A DNA stretch of 64,000 nt from Octopus sinensis (GCF_006345805.1 NC_043004.1:105214001-105278000), one strand, 5' to 3'. Positions 11,205 to 24,962 are shown, counted from the stretch's first letter. A program made the numbers and translations. The notes: a model not told the origin generated them from the sequence alone.

Positions 11205-11845
11205 TTCTAAAGAGTTTCAGAGACAAAAATATCTGGTAGTCAAATATTTTCAAGTCAACAGAGCTGCTTTTCTTTAGTGCACGTGTTGAGAGAATTCTTT
11301 TCTATGGAGCTGAAATCTGGATTATGTTGAAGGAGCTTCAAATCATGTTGGAGGAATGTACTCTAGGCTTCTCCAAAATGCTCAAAACATCTCCTGACAT
11401 GAGCACAAGACCAAAGAGATTTACTGACACAGTCCACCTACCTCTATTATTGTTACTCAATGCAGAGTATGCTTTGCTGGCCACTACTATCATGTTACAC
11501 ACAAGGCACATTGGATGTTATATTTGGGGGCTCCTGCACCCACTGGCATAGCTAGAGTGTGTGCTGCCCGGGGTGGACCTTCTGTTTGCCATCCCTGGGC
11601 CCCACAAAAAACACACATTGCCTACAGCAGACCTAAAAGCAGTGCCTCTTTAAAAGTGTTGTCTGGGGCAGACCCCACCACTGCTATGCTAGTGCCTGCA
11701 CCCTAATAAAAGATAAGGCTATTCAGTTATATTGATATTTATTGGCAGACACACAGAGGACAAAACCGAGAGCCTAATAAAAGTGTTGGGGTCAGAGATA
11801 CCTGGTACTACATGGTGAAACAATCGCAAGTTGTAACCACTTGAA
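11205..11845 (+). mobile_element. Decayed RTE-like LINE 3' fragment
   Basis: Translates in pieces to ARVERILFYGAEIW, YSRLLQNAQNIS.HEH, CFAGH, matching RTE VESILLYGAETW / YTRLLRMA.NISW / RFAGH. Confidence 0.7.
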
Positions 11846-14225
11846 TAAGAATGGCCAAATAGAATACATTTTTTTTTTCATCAGTTATAAACTCAAATCA
11901 CTGTGGGTGCTTTTTGGGGTTTCTGAAGAAAACATTCTACTCTACATTGCCTCAGTTCACCTACATATCAGGAATTAGGTACTTGGGAATATTATCTGTG
12001 ATAGTCTGGTATGTTTTTCACAAGTAAGAGTTATTTCATCCACTTAACACCATCAAATCAGATCTAAGCATTGACCCTTACAAATCTTACTAGCACTCCA
12101 AGGTAATTTTTATTATAATGTGGTTGATTCAGCAAGTGGGTTCTCTTCCTTGTTGAAGCCACTTTTACTTCACTGCTGTGTATATTATTTTCCTTTTGAG
12201 AAGAAAACAATTATAGAATAAAATCAAAGCCAGTCTGTCTATAATATACATTATTTTACTTTTGCATGACCATGGTGGTAAAGCTTTTGGATCTTGTTAA
12301 ATTTTCTTTTATCCATTTGAAATATTTCAACTTTTCACCAGATTATTTTCAAAAAATGGAGTCTTGCATACTGATGATGAAAATTGCATTAACTTTTTTT
12401 TTCTAGAAATTAATAATAACTGAGTTACATCAATGTAGAAAATTACAAAAAAAAATCTGTAAATTTGAAATTCTTTAAGTGGTTGGAAGAAATCAAACAA
12501 GATCTAAACTTTAAGAAATTTTAACATACTGTACTTTCATCTTTATTTTCATAGATTGTCTTTGATTTCATTCCATTGTTAAACATGTTCATTAATATAG
12601 ACTATAGCAGTATAATATTATAGATCATAAAAATAATAATAAAATGTTTTATTTACAGAGCTGGAGGCAGGGATACAGTTGTGGTCTTCATGTGTTTAGA
12701 GAAAACGTTAGAGATGTAAGTAGGCCTATTTCATCTTTTGCAGTTAATAGTTATTGTTTAACCCCAGGTCAGCTCTTTTTTGAACAAACTTATAATCATA
12801 GTATTACAACTGGAACGATTTTGTTTTTCATTCAGATATAATGTATCTAGGACATATGCAGTCCTTTCTTTTGTTCATTTTTTTGAAGATGGAAATGTGA
12901 GTTGAGGGGAAATTTGTCTGCTATTTCTAACATCTGAGATGAGCTCTTAGAATTAATGGTTGTTGCTGTTAAACTTCATTGAGCAGACTATCATCAAAAC
13001 AGTTAACTATTTTTTTTTTTTTTTGTAAATTCATCTGTTGTTATTTATTTGTTTTTTTGGAGACAGCAGGATTTACATAAAATTTAGCTTCTATTTCCAT
13101 CAGCTGGAGCAACCACATTCAGCTTCCTCCTTTGGTTCATGAGTTTTAATGGTTGATTTTATTGAAAAAAGCTGTGTTGAGTGGTAGGCAGGGGCATTAA
13201 TTTCAAATTTTCAAATCTTTGAAGTATCAGTGGTGGAGTGTTTGTACTGAGGTGACTGTTCTTTGAACAACAGAAATAGTTTAAAATCTGACCCAGGATT
13301 TACCAAGTGCCCATTGGTGTATGAAAGTTTCAGTGTAGATAGAGGAAGGGAGGAGGAGGAAGAGTGTTTGGTAGAAGATTTTCTTACTTCTGTTGGATTG
13401 TTGAGATGGGCATGTGTGGTGTGAGGTGATGGAAGGAAAGAGAGATGAGTTGTGGTGGTGGTGTGTGAGAGACAGAGACTCAAGATATAAATGAGAGATG
13501 GAGGGAGGAAGATGTTGAGTGTAGGTGGGACGTTGGATTTACAATCTGTCTGTTACTGTGTGGGAGGCTTGTGTGGTGGATGGATGAAGGTGGGACTGTT
13601 GTGAGTGGGGTGAGAAGAAAGAGTAGTAAGTAGAAATGTGCCATCTGTCCATAGAGTTTGTGGTAAGTATGTTTATATGGCTGTGGTCAGTAGTTTTGGC
13701 TGTGAAAAGAATGAGAGAGAGAGAGAGAGTGGTGAAGATAGGGAAAGGGGAAAGAGATAAGAGGAATAGTGAAAATGAAGAAGAGGAGAAGGGGAAGTAG
13801 AAAAACAGGATAAAAAGCTGAGAGAAAGAAAAAGAAAAAGACAACTTGGGATTGTTTTTGTGGAGAGATACTAATCATCAACCACATATGTTGTTGATTT
13901 ACTTAAAAGATCTGATTGGTCAATGAGTCATAGCAAGCAAGGAAAACAGTTTACTCTGACCATTTAACAATAAATTCTTTATTTGAATATAAACTCTTAT
14001 GAATATAAACTGTGGCTTAGGTACAAGACCATACAGTTTAATGGACAGTTGTAGAGGATGTTTCCACACTTGTACATTATTAGTACTTATCTACACTAGA
14101 AGGAAACAATGAGAAGAGCTCTACATGATCACTTAGTCTGCTAGAAACAGTAGCTAATTCTCTTTCTCTCTCATTGCACCACATCCTGCCATCTTAAAAA
14201 GGAAAGTAGATATGTGTATTCAGCA

Positions 14226-14275
<50 letters not shown>

Positions 14276-15072
14276 TTATTCTTCTTTAAATAAAGATGGG
14301 ATGATCACAGACAGCTTCATTATAGATCTGCACAATTGGGGTTCTCTTGAGACCAGACATCAAAATCATTTGGAGGAATGACAGGTACAAATCCTTTTTT
14401 GTGAGTTTTGAACTCAGAACATAGAGATTTGACTAAATCTTGTAAATCATTTTGTCTAGTGCTTCACCTCTTCTAACAATAGTTACTTAATATAATAGAT
14501 GGTAAGCCATAAATTTTGGTGGGACACTCAAAAGGTGTAGTGGAATCACTGAGGGATTAGCAGAGAAAATAGCCTCTGTTTCTGGTGGATATGTAGGAGC
14601 AGTAAACATGAAGAACACATGCAAAATAGATTTTGTGTCCTTGGCTTTAAAGATAATTTTGTGTGATCTGGAAGAGATTTGGCAGCTCTTTCTTGCAGCT
14701 CAAGCAACCCTTATCTGATTAGAGCATTTTTAATAGGGCTATTTGGTCCCTCCATTGTCCTTGCTGGGATCTAATAATGTTCCCCTTCTATCCTTGGTTA
14801 CTAATAGTAAGACTTGCTCGCTTTTTCATTGTTATCAGAGCAATGTACTTCACATAACAGTGTTGTTACTGAAGTCAACTAACCAACCCACTTTTATTCC
14901 TGCTAAGTTCTACATTACCAGTCAATTGACCCCTTCATTACCAGTCAATTGACCCCTTTCCTCTCTTTGCATTAAAACAAAAATACACATGCCATTGCTA
15001 AGCTGCTACATCACCAATTTACAAGGATTTTAAAAATTGTGTGATGATGATAATGGCATAAGGCAACAGTAT

Positions 15073-16135
15073 CCTTTTATCTTTTACAGTCATTGGACTG
15101 TGGCCATGCTGCGGCACCACCTTGCCAGGTTTTAGTCAAACAAATCAACCTCTGTGCTTACTTTTCTTGAAAGTAAGGTATTTACCATAGTGATCTTTTT
15201 GGCCAAACTGCTAAGCTACAGCATCAGTTGGGTCTTTATTGTTTGGCTGCCACTTTTCAATTTCTTTAATTTTGTTCCAATCGATTTCAAATTTGGTGTA
15301 GTTTTGTATGCTCATTATTGTCATGAAATTCATTTTTGCCACAAATCAAAAGATAAACAATAAGCTTTCGAAGTTTGTAAATTTTGGGTAATTTTAGTCA
15401 ATTGAAAGCCACAGACATATAGGTGCCTTTCCCATAGTAACAAGCCAAGCATTGGAAAAGCATTTACGGAAAACTATGTGTTTACAAACTGATATTTTAC
15501 ACTGTTCTTTCATGCATGTACCCATCTTTTGCAGCTCTTAAAACTACTAAATGTGTTGTTAACTCTTTTTGTCCCATTAAATGCATATTGAATGAGTAAA
15601 ACTACAAAATATGTTTTTAATTTTTTTTTGTTGTAATTTTTCACTTATTAAATGCTTAAAAAACTTGCTATTGTTGCAATGTCAACATTATTGCTTACGA
15701 TTGTAGTTGCACACAAAATAACAGCTTCTAAATCCTGTTTTCTGACTGGGTAAAAATGATAAAACTTTAAACCTTTGTAACATTTTTTTTAAATGAGTGA
15801 ATTAGGCCCTGAGATTCAGCTTGAAAAATTACATCAATACATCAAATTTGAAAATTTTCTCTTAATTTTATAATTTCAAAAAGTGCAGCCAAGAAGATCT
15901 CACTGGTTTTTGAGTGGTGGGGAGAGGGGGGAAAGCACAAGCACAAAGACACATACACACACACATACACATGTATATATACACACACATGTCTGATGAG
16001 CTCCCACACAATTCCCATCTACTCACAAGACATTAATCAACCTGGGGCTATAGTAGATGATACTTACCCAATGTGCTGTACAGTGGAACTGAACTCAGAA
16101 ACACACAGTTTCAAATCAAGCTTTTTAACCAAAAG
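15073..16135 (-). mobile_element. Old SINE family A copy interrupted by a ~680-bp insertion
   Basis: 3' half at 15073-15225, remainder at 15905-16135. Confidence 0.55.
15225..15905. mobile_element. Putative non-autonomous DNA transposon with degenerate TIRs
   Basis: cagttgggtctttattgtttggctgccactttt versus the reverse complement of aaaagtgcagccaagaagatctcactg. Confidence 0.4.
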
Positions 16136-16921
16136 GCCATGCCTGTCTATCCATCCCTCCATCCATCCATTCATTCATCTCTGTCTGTCTGTCTCTCTCT
16201 CTCTCTCTGTTTGCTTCTTTTTTTTTTTTTCCACCTTGTCCTCTGCTTGCTTGTCTGTGTGTCCATCTATGTATCTATCTATCTGCTTGTCTCTTTGCCT
16301 TTTTATTTATCTTTCTAATCAAATTTGAACTCAGAACATTGAGATTCATCCAACATGATGCATTAAATTCAACACCTCTTATTATTTCCATTATCCTGAC
16401 ACCTCACAAACAGGATAGATAACCATCTCTCTTCTTCTATACCTTACTTCTCTCTCTTTTGCATCCTTACCAGTTTTACTCTACTCCTTGTTTCTCTCTT
16501 TCTCTCTCTCTCCATAGAGATATGGTTGGGCACCTGTCCAGCCATAAATGACTGACCAGCTACTTACAGTCAGTTATCCTCTATCAGATCTGCAACCTCC
16601 ACCACAAGAAAACTTACTATGTGTCATAGTGGTGGTGATAATGGAGGTTGCTAACTGACCTGGTTCCCTTCTCAAGTCCAATATTTGGTACTCATAAGAT
16701 TTTTCTTTGTAAGGCAAGGTTGTGTTATACATACACTTCCATAGATACAGATATTTATCCACACAGATGCACACATACACGCGTGCGTGTGTGTGTGTAT
16801 GTGTATATATATATATATATAATATATATATATATATATACACACACACATATGTATTTATATATATACGTATATACTAATAGATACCTGGCCTTGCTTT
16901 GGATTAAAATGGCATAGTTTT

Positions 16922-17432
16922 CTTTTTACTCGTTTCAGTCCTGTGACTGTGGCCAGGTTGGAGCACCGCCTTTGGTCGAAAAAAATTCAACCACAGGATT
17001 TATTCTTTGTAAGCCTAGTACTTATTCTATCAGTGTCTTTTGCCGAACCACTAAGTTATGGGAATGTAAACACAGCAACATCAGTTGTCATGCAATGATG
17101 GGGTACAAACGAAGACACACACACAATCAAATATACACATATATACAACAATCTTCTTTCTACACACACATATATATGTATGTATGTATCATCATCATCA
17201 TTTAACATCGGTTTTCCATGCTAGCATGGATTGGACGGTTTTGACTGAGGGCTGGCGAACCAGATGGCTGCACCAGGCTCCAGCTTTGATCTGGCAGAGT
17301 TTCTACAGCTGGATGCCCTTCCTAACGCCAACCACTTCGAGAGTGGGTGCATGGGGGCCAGTCAGGTGGTACTGGCAATGACCTCGCTCGAATCTTTTTA
17401 CACATGCCACCGACACAGGTGCCTGTGAAGTG
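16922..17432 (-). mobile_element. SINE A 3' half (16922-17130) followed by SINE B (17190-17432)
   Basis: tcttttt-actcgtttcagtc..ggagcaccgcc; catcatcatttaacatcggttttccatgctagcatgg. Confidence 0.75.
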
Positions 17433-17672
17433 ACGTTATATATATATACATACATATATATACATATACACACACACATATACAGTAAATGATGTATATA
17501 CATATATATATACATATGTATATATACATATACACAACACATATACAGTAAATGATGTATATACATATATATACATATGTATACATACATATACATACAT
17601 ATATATGGATATATGTATGTGTATATATGCACACATATATACACATATATATATACACTTATATGTATATAT

Positions 17673-18014
17673 ATATAATATATTGTGAAATAATACCAGG
17701 AAAATTAATATAAAAAAACTTTTCACAAAGATATATATGGGTAAAATAATATTGTATTAAAAATATATAGAGTATATGTAAATATATAAAGTAAGACAGT
17801 TTGAAAGTTAAGTATTTAACACGTCTTACGACAGTTTCACAAAATTATTGTCATTATAAGGGAATCCAAAATTGATAAACATTGATAGGCAATACTTCCG
17901 CTCGATGGAAAGGGGGAAGTTTATATATTTTTAATACAATATTATTTTAGACATATATATCTAAAAGTTTTTTTTATATTAATTTTCCTGCTATTATTTC
18001 ACAATATATTATAT
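17673..18014 (-). mobile_element. Third fold-back element with a decayed hammerhead-like motif (17825-17860)
   Basis: ~90-bp AT-rich inverted arms (taatatattgtgaaataata..caggaaaattaatataaaaaaac); minus-strand loop CUUAU-AAUGA-CAAuaauuUUG-U-GAAAC-U-GUC-GUAAG. Confidence 0.55.
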
Positions 18015-18108
18015 GTAACTACTCGTATTAAATGCCTAAATACTTTAATTATATTAATTCTTTGACATTTATATACAAAGAGCACTCATTTTAAATTCAG
18101 TATATATA

Positions 18109-18270
18109 GGCGCAGGAGTGGCTGTGTGGTAAGTAGCTTGCTAACCAACCACATGGTTCCGGGTTCAGTCCCACTGCGTGGCATCTTGGGCAAGTGTCTT
18201 CTGCTATAGCCCCGGGCCGACCAATGCCATCTGAGTGGATTTGGTAGACGGAAACTGAAAGAAGCCTGTC

Positions 18271-18304
<34 letters not shown>

Positions 18305-18527
18305 GTGTGTGTGTTTGTGTGTCTGTGTTTGTCCCCCTAGCATTGCTTGACAACCGATGCTGGTGTGTTTACGTCCCTGTCACTTAGCGATTCGGCAAAA
18401 GAGACCGATAGAATAAGTACTGGGCTTACAAAGAATAAGTCCTGGGGTCGATTTGCCCGACTAAAGGCGGTGCTCCAGCATGACCGCAGTCAAATGACTG
18501 AAACAAGTAAGAGTAAAGAGTAAGAGT
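18109..18527 (+). mobile_element. Young full-length SINE family A
   Basis: A box tggctgtgtgg, B box ggttcagtccc, internal (TA)n(TG)n, (gagtaa)n tail; CpGs intact; nearly identical to 28344-28740. Confidence 0.92.
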
Positions 18528-18561
18528 ATATCATATTCTCATTGAATATATTTAATTAAGG

Positions 18562-18616
<55 letters not shown>

Positions 18617-19024
18617 CAAACATGTATATAAATACATAATGAAAGTAATTGAAATTGAAACTATATAATAATGAAAGTATAAATAGAGATATTATTGTTT
18701 CACTTTTGACACGTAATAGGGAATGCTCCGGGCTAGCATTACACAAGAAGTTGAAAATTTTTTTGGGGCCCATGACACTGCATGGACTCTACATAAGGCA
18801 TGTGTAAAATTTGAATGAAATCCATTGGGTAGTCCTTGAGTTTTAGTGATGCACACAGACAAACCGACACACACACACACACACATATAGGTGCAGGTGT
18901 GGTTGTGTGGTAAGTAGCTTGCTTTTCAACCACATGGTTTTGGGTACAGTCTTCTGCTATAGCCTTAGTCTGACCAAAGCTTCTGAATGGATTTAGCAGA
19001 CAGAAACTGAAAGAAGCCTGTCAG

Positions 19025-19133
<109 letters not shown>

Positions 19134-19537
19134 TGAAGTGGTTGGATTGTTACCATGCTGGATAAACCAGTTAGCTGGATGTATTTGAATATATAATATA
19201 ATAGTGATGATGGTACTTTGTCCTTATTGAGTCATAAGGGTATCACCATGATATATGGAATGTCCTGGGTATTTTAAATCTGGTGGAGTCTTTACATAAA
19301 TGTGTCTAATATATATATATAAAAATAAGTAACTGATAAATTGCTGAGGCCAATATGATTTATTAAAACTCTTGAAAGCAGTGTCTCACCATGAGGGGCA
19401 GTTCATCACAAGATGTTGGTCAGTTTGGAGCTATAGATGAACTTGCTCAAGGTACCATGCAGTGAAACTGAATCTGAAGCCATGTGTCTGCAAAACAAGC
19501 TTCTCGGCCATGCCTGCATTTGGAAAAATAATACATA

Positions 19538-19930
19538 GGCACAAATGTGGCTGTGTGGTAAGAAGCTTGCTTCCCAACCATATGGTTCTGGGTTCAGTCC
19601 CACCTTAGACAAGTGTCTTCTTCTACAGCCCTGGGCAGACCAAAGCCTTGTGAGTAGATTTGGGCAGACAGAAACTGAAAGAAGCTCATCATATATGTTT
19701 GTGTATGTGTCTGTATGTCTGTGTTTGTTGACCCATCACTGCTTGACAATCGGTGCTGGTGTGTTTACATCCCCCATAACTTAGCAGTTTGGCGAAAGAG
19801 ACAGATAGAATAAGTACTAAGTTTACAAAGAATAAGTCCTGGGGTTGATTTCTTCAACTAAAAAACCCGTTAAGGCAGTGCTCCAGCATGGCTCCTGTCA
19901 AATGACTGAAACAAGTAAAAGAATAAAAGA
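19538..19930 (+). mobile_element. SINE family A, head-to-head with a minus-strand head fragment at ~19440-19517
   Basis: Same bipartite layout as 18109, more diverged. Confidence 0.85.
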
Positions 19931-20068
19931 ATGATGCCTGAAGAGTACTAGAAAATCTTTGAAGATATCAGATCAGTGTTTAGTGTTTTAGATTTTGCTA
20001 TTTCAAGGTCGCCACACTGCATTACTATACAATCATATTAACTCCCTGGTAGACTGTAAACTACATAC

Positions 20069-20217
20069 CATGTACTACTTGACCAAACATCAATTATTTC
20101 TATTTTCTGATGATTAGGTCTTTCACAATCAGTAATCTCTGCCCATGAGTGATTAGTTCTATTGATTTTGGAAGCTGGCCTGTGAGTGGAAATAGAAGTT
20201 GTTACGGCCATGTCTTT
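20069..20217 (-). CDS. Candidate coding exon, product unknown
   Basis: tactttttcag acceptor, TG|gtatgt donor; one open frame of 49 codons (KDMAVTTSISTHRPASKINRTNHSWAEITDCERPNHQKIEIIDVWSSST); no homology recognised. Confidence 0.22.
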
Positions 20218-20651
20218 CTGAAAAAGTATTTATTAGTGGTGTGGTATGTTGTCGTTGTTGGTATTATTAAGTCTCGGGTTAGCCTTGATCAAACAGACAT
20301 GTCTAGTCAAACGTCTTCCAAACATGACCATCAAGTCCGTTTTCAGAGTCATCCTTCCTCTTTTTGGTGGTACAAAGCTGTGGATTTTGTCTGCTATTTC
20401 TAACAGGCCAGTTCACCACATTTGTATTGGTTTGGTTGATTTGTGTGTGTGTGTGTGTGTGTGTGATGTGATGTGTATTGTTTCCATGCTAGATATCTAA
20501 ATATAACAAGGTGTTGGTCGACCCACTGCTATATCAGAAGACACTAATATAGGTGCCATATTGGGATTGAACCCAGAACCACATGGTTGGAAAGCGAGCT
20601 TCTTAACTACATAACCATGCTTGTGCCTGTATTTTATATCAATGTGTGTGT

Positions 20652-21000
20652 CATCATTTAGCATCCATGTTTCATATTGTCATTGGTTGAATATTTTGAC
20701 AGTATCCAATAAGCTGGAGGACTGCATCAAGTCTCAATGTCTGTTTTAGCATTGTATCTACTGCTGGATGCGCTTCCTAATGTCAAATACTTTACAGAGG
20801 TGCTTTTTTTCATGGTACTGGTACCAGTGAGGTCACCAAGTAACTTGCAAGACAACACTTCTTGACTGAATGGAGATACAGTATTGAGGGTTATGGCTTT
20901 GTACCAGGTGTTGAGATGTTAATAAATGGTTGAGGGACTGGAACACATGTCTTGTTGTAGAAGAGGTACATAGCTACCTGAGCTGGAAAAAGAGAAAGGA
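20652..21000 (-). mobile_element. Old SINE B / RTE 3' module
   Basis: catcatttagcatccatgtttc..ctggatgcgcttcctaatgtcaa. Confidence 0.6.
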
Positions 21001-21680
21001 TTGTGGAAATGAGATGTCGGGGCATATGCTCAAGGTACAAGAAGGTGGATAAAGAGAGAATAGGGTCACAGAATTGAGAATGACTGGATGGGTCAATGTG
21101 CGAAAGTGTGAAAAGGAGAGTGAGAGTTTGGTTAGTGATGATGATAGAGGTAAATGCTGGGTATGGATGGATGGATGTATGGTCTATGGTGAATCTCAGT
21201 TTGAGTTGTGGGCGGTAGAGGAAGATAGGAGTGGGTCAAGGAAGAGATGAGAGATGGCAGTACATAAAATGGGGAAAGGTGGAGAGCAATAGTATATCAA
21301 AACTGTAGATGGATGAGAGATAGGGAGAGTGTGGAGAGAAAAGAGGGATGCACAGTGAGAGGGACAGGTTTGTAAGTGTAGATATAGTGAGTGACAAAAA
21401 AGGAGTGAGGCATCAATGGCAGATAGGAGAGGGTGTTCAGCAGAAGATAAAGTGGGATGGATGATGTTGAGAATACAGAACGGATGACAAGGAAAGTGGT
21501 TTCAAGATTAGGGAAAGCACAAAATAAGGACGATTTCCATGCAGTTCTGCTCTCATATAATTACAGCAACTGAGGAAATAGTGTGATAGTTAGAAGAGTG
21601 AAGGAGAGCTGGTTATTATGAGGATGTGCTTTAGGGAAGGCTTGGTACAGATTGGGTGTTGGATCATGGTACATAATTGA
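21000..21680 (-). mobile_element. Decayed retroelement-like coding remnant (possibly Penelope-like)
   Basis: Purine-rich block; minus strand gives LSHYFLSCCNYMRAELHGNR, recalled from cephalopod repeats; unverified. Confidence 0.3.
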
Positions 21681-21829
21681 TATTGTTTTAGAGCCTCATC
21701 ATATTTTGCTAAAATGGACAAGTGTGTGTATATAAGTAAAAAAGAAAGACAAATTCAAGTAGGCATAAAGAGTGTATTTACATGGAATAAAAATAAACAA
21801 ATGAAATGATGTTAGTGTTTTAGATTTGC

Positions 21830-22380
21830 AGTTGTTTCAAATGAATCATAACTGGGTGCCATAGCTTTATATATAAAATAATTGTGACCTGTAGTATCAT
21901 AAATGTGTGGAATAAAAAAACTTTTATAGAATATGTGGTGAAACGTTTTGCTCATCAGAAGACTCTCAGTAATTAGCTTTAATGTTCCCAACACACACAC
22001 ACTCTTTCTCATACATACATACATACATACAGATTATGTGTAAGTTTATGTCAGTGTTCTTATTGGCAAATGCTTTTGCATAAAGCTTTTTAATAGCATT
22101 GGATGTTGCAGAGAGACTTTTTGTTGTTGTTGGAAAGTCCCATTTTGTGTCTCTTATTAAACACTCACAGTGTGTCACTGGGGAGCTGGGTGTGTGTCAT
22201 AGGTTTTGCTGTCAGTGTGATTGATATGCTTTAGAAACATTGTTTTTCTGTAAGCATTGACAGTCTTAAGCTGGATGTCCATAACCTGGTACCAGATGCG
22301 TATAAAGAAGTACATGTAACTGAGCATTAACACCATCTTCTCTTCGTCTTTCTTGATTGGTTTGTTCCTTAACTTTATTA
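21830..22380 (-). mobile_element. Decayed GIY-YIG endonuclease-like region (Penelope-like)
   Basis: Frame-hopping fragments LTEKQ.F, HTQLPS, RDTKWDF, KSLSATSNA..LYAK resemble the PLE GIY-YIG C-terminal half; many stops. Confidence 0.35.
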
Positions 22381-23624
22381 ATGAGTATTATTAGGTTAGA
22401 AACTTAAGAAATGATGAAACGCACGCACACACACACACCCACTCTCTCTCTCTCTCTCTCACACACACACAAACACAATAAAAAAATAAAGATTCATTGA
22501 GTGTGAGTTCTGTAACGATCCCAGATAATGGTAACAATGGTGATGTTCATGGTGGTCATGGTAGGGGCTGGCTGCAGTATAACAAAAGGGGCTTATGTTT
22601 ATTGATTAATTTATTATATATACTTTATCAGTCTATATTAGCTAATGAGTAACCAGTGAGGGATTACTAGATTGCCCTATGAGTCACTCACCTGGCTTGA
22701 TTCATTCTACACCTCTAATGTTTTGTTATTGCTCCCCCCCTCCACTCGGCCTTGTTTTTGTTTTGTTCAACTCAATTAGTTTGCTGATGGCATATGTACC
22801 TGATGTATGGGTGTGGTGGTACAACAGCTCCCTTTTTTCTCTTTCTCTCTCTCACTCTTACTCTTGTAGCAGTTGAACTCCCAGAGTCATTTTGGACCCA
22901 CCTTATCAACCCTCACATCTACCAATGCTCCCTGTTAGCCATCTGAAGTATAGTACCTATGATGGTTGGCTATTAAGGGCTCAATTGTGGTTATCAGTCA
23001 TCATCCAGTTGAGATATTTGACTGTGGTATGTTGTATTTCTTTATAATGTTATTACTAAATGATTATTTGGTGTGGTTTACCTACTTTGTAGGTTGTTGT
23101 TTAGTCCTAGGTCAATTATGATGAAACAAAATGGACTCACAATCAAAAGCATTTTGGCATTTCTCATATTTTTCAGGTTTTGTCTATCATGGTCTACATT
23201 ATTTGATGTATTGTTTTGTGAGATGATAGTGTGATTTGAGGGTGATTTGGCTGCTATTTCTAGCATGGAGACTTCCTTGTATTGTTATAAATCTTTATTG
23301 CCTCACATTGGTTTGTTGTCATACTTATCACTAGTATATTTTGTTATAGTATGTTACTTGTCAGTGGTATCTTGTGCCACTGTATATTCTGTTACTTATG
23401 TTGTCTATTGGCCTGTGATGTGTGACAGGTCAACAGTTACTTCTATTAACAATAACTATGCCATATTATATTCGCTAATTGTATTTGTTATAACTATCAG
23501 TGTGGTATTGTATTTATGGTATATAAGATGCACTTTTTTTTCCAAAAAATGTCTCCAAGAAAAAAAAAAAACTCTGCCGGTCCTATTTGTGAAGTTGTTT
23601 TCAATATTACCTGCTTCTTTAAGG

Positions 23625-23835
23625 CAATGAGCTGGAAGAATTGTTAGCATGTCAGGCAAAATGTTTAGCAGGATTTCCTCTTTTTTTACATTCTGAGTTC
23701 AGTTTCTACTGAGGTCAACCTTGCTTTTCATTCTTTCGGGGTGAATAAAAGCAGTACCAGTTGAGCACTTGGATCAATCTAATTGGTTTACCCACACCCC
23801 TGAAATTGCTGCCTTGTGCCAAAATTTGAAATCAA
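23625..23835 (+). mobile_element. SINE family C
   Basis: aggcaatgagctggaagaattgttagc..tctgagttcagtttc..aaaagcagtaccagttgagcact..gccttgtgccaaaatttgaaa. Confidence 0.7.
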
Positions 23836-23877
23836 TATTGCATTCTTTAATACTCTAAACACATTTCTTTTGAATAC

Positions 23878-23968
23878 CTGCTGTTGAAGCTGGAGAGCAT
23901 CTAATATGCCATCAAATGCGGTAGTTCTTGTACTGTTTCCAGCAATGAAACCAATACTATGGGCTATG
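23878..23968 (-). CDS. Candidate coding exon, product unknown
   Basis: gcttcag acceptor, CAG|gtattc donor; only one open frame (IAHSIGFIAGNSTRTTAFDGILDALQLQQQ). Confidence 0.25.
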
Positions 23969-24962
23969 CTGAAGCATTGCCATATTATTTTACTTGTTTT
24001 TTTTTTGTGATACATGTTTGTTTTTGTATGTCAATAATATTGCCTATTACTTATTATCTTAGATATTTTGTCTGTTGTACCTGTCTGATATGAAAGTTAT
24101 AATCATATTATCTGTCAGATATTCTGGCTACAATCTAGGCAATGTATAGATTATCACCTCACCATTGTCTTTTCAGATATCTGATAAAATTATCGTTATA
24201 TCATTTAGACTAATCTATAACGCTCAGTTATCTTATTAAGTCTTTTGTTGCTGATCAATATTTCTTGAAACAAGTCACTAAAACTAATCAAAACAGTGGA
24301 GAGTTATCTATTTTGGTGTGTTCCCCTTGTTGTTGTCAGTTTCATCCCTAATTTTATTTATATCACGTACAACAATAATGCCTTATGAAGTTGGTCGATA
24401 GAAATGGCTTTGTACACACACTTCCACTCTCTCTCACTCACACACACATTTCTGTTCTCTGGAAATTGCTGATCTATAAATATCGATGTTGTCATTTCCC
24501 CGTGTCCGCTTTTTCAAAGACTTTGCACCAAGTTGAAAACAGATAAGTGTCAGTAATAAAAAAAAAAAAAGAAACGTCCGTCTGTGAAACAATGTCTCGT
24601 ATATTTATGTAACCCATCCTAGCAAGGAGGAAATGGATAAGTGGTAGAGTTAATTATATCAGCCCTCCCCATAGTTATTTTATCATCTGCTACTTATTTT
24701 ATGAATGAAGTTGTGTAGTCTAGTGTTTAGGGTGTTGCATTCATAATTGTAAGATTATGGTTTCGATTCCCAGACTTGGCTGTGTGTTGCTTTTTCTAGC
24801 AAAAAACGTTCATTTCACATTGCTCCCATTTCTAGCAATAACTAGGAAATGGCAGATTGGTGTTCTGTTCAAAGATAGTATTGTAATCTCAATCACTATG
24901 GAAACTGTAAATCCTTGGCTTTTAAGCATCCTTGGGCTCATGGCAGACCTAAGCTAACTTAT

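Noticed and set aside
16872-16920. Helitron-like terminal stub (also 18770-18870)
   Set aside because: Too short and diverged; paired termini and hairpin could not be shown.
17303-17726. Several YI/CV-rich ORFs and a ~60-bp tandem duplication
   Set aside because: Translation of (TA)n/(CA)n; the duplication is ordinary slippage.
18109-18180. tRNA-like heads here and at 7998, 36480, 53190 and 62054
   Set aside because: A and B boxes without a complete cloverleaf, and continuous with SINE bodies; not tRNA genes.
23247-23630. 127-aa hydrophobic ORF resembling a multipass membrane protein
   Set aside because: T-rich low-complexity codons; both ends lie in repeats; no motif recognised.
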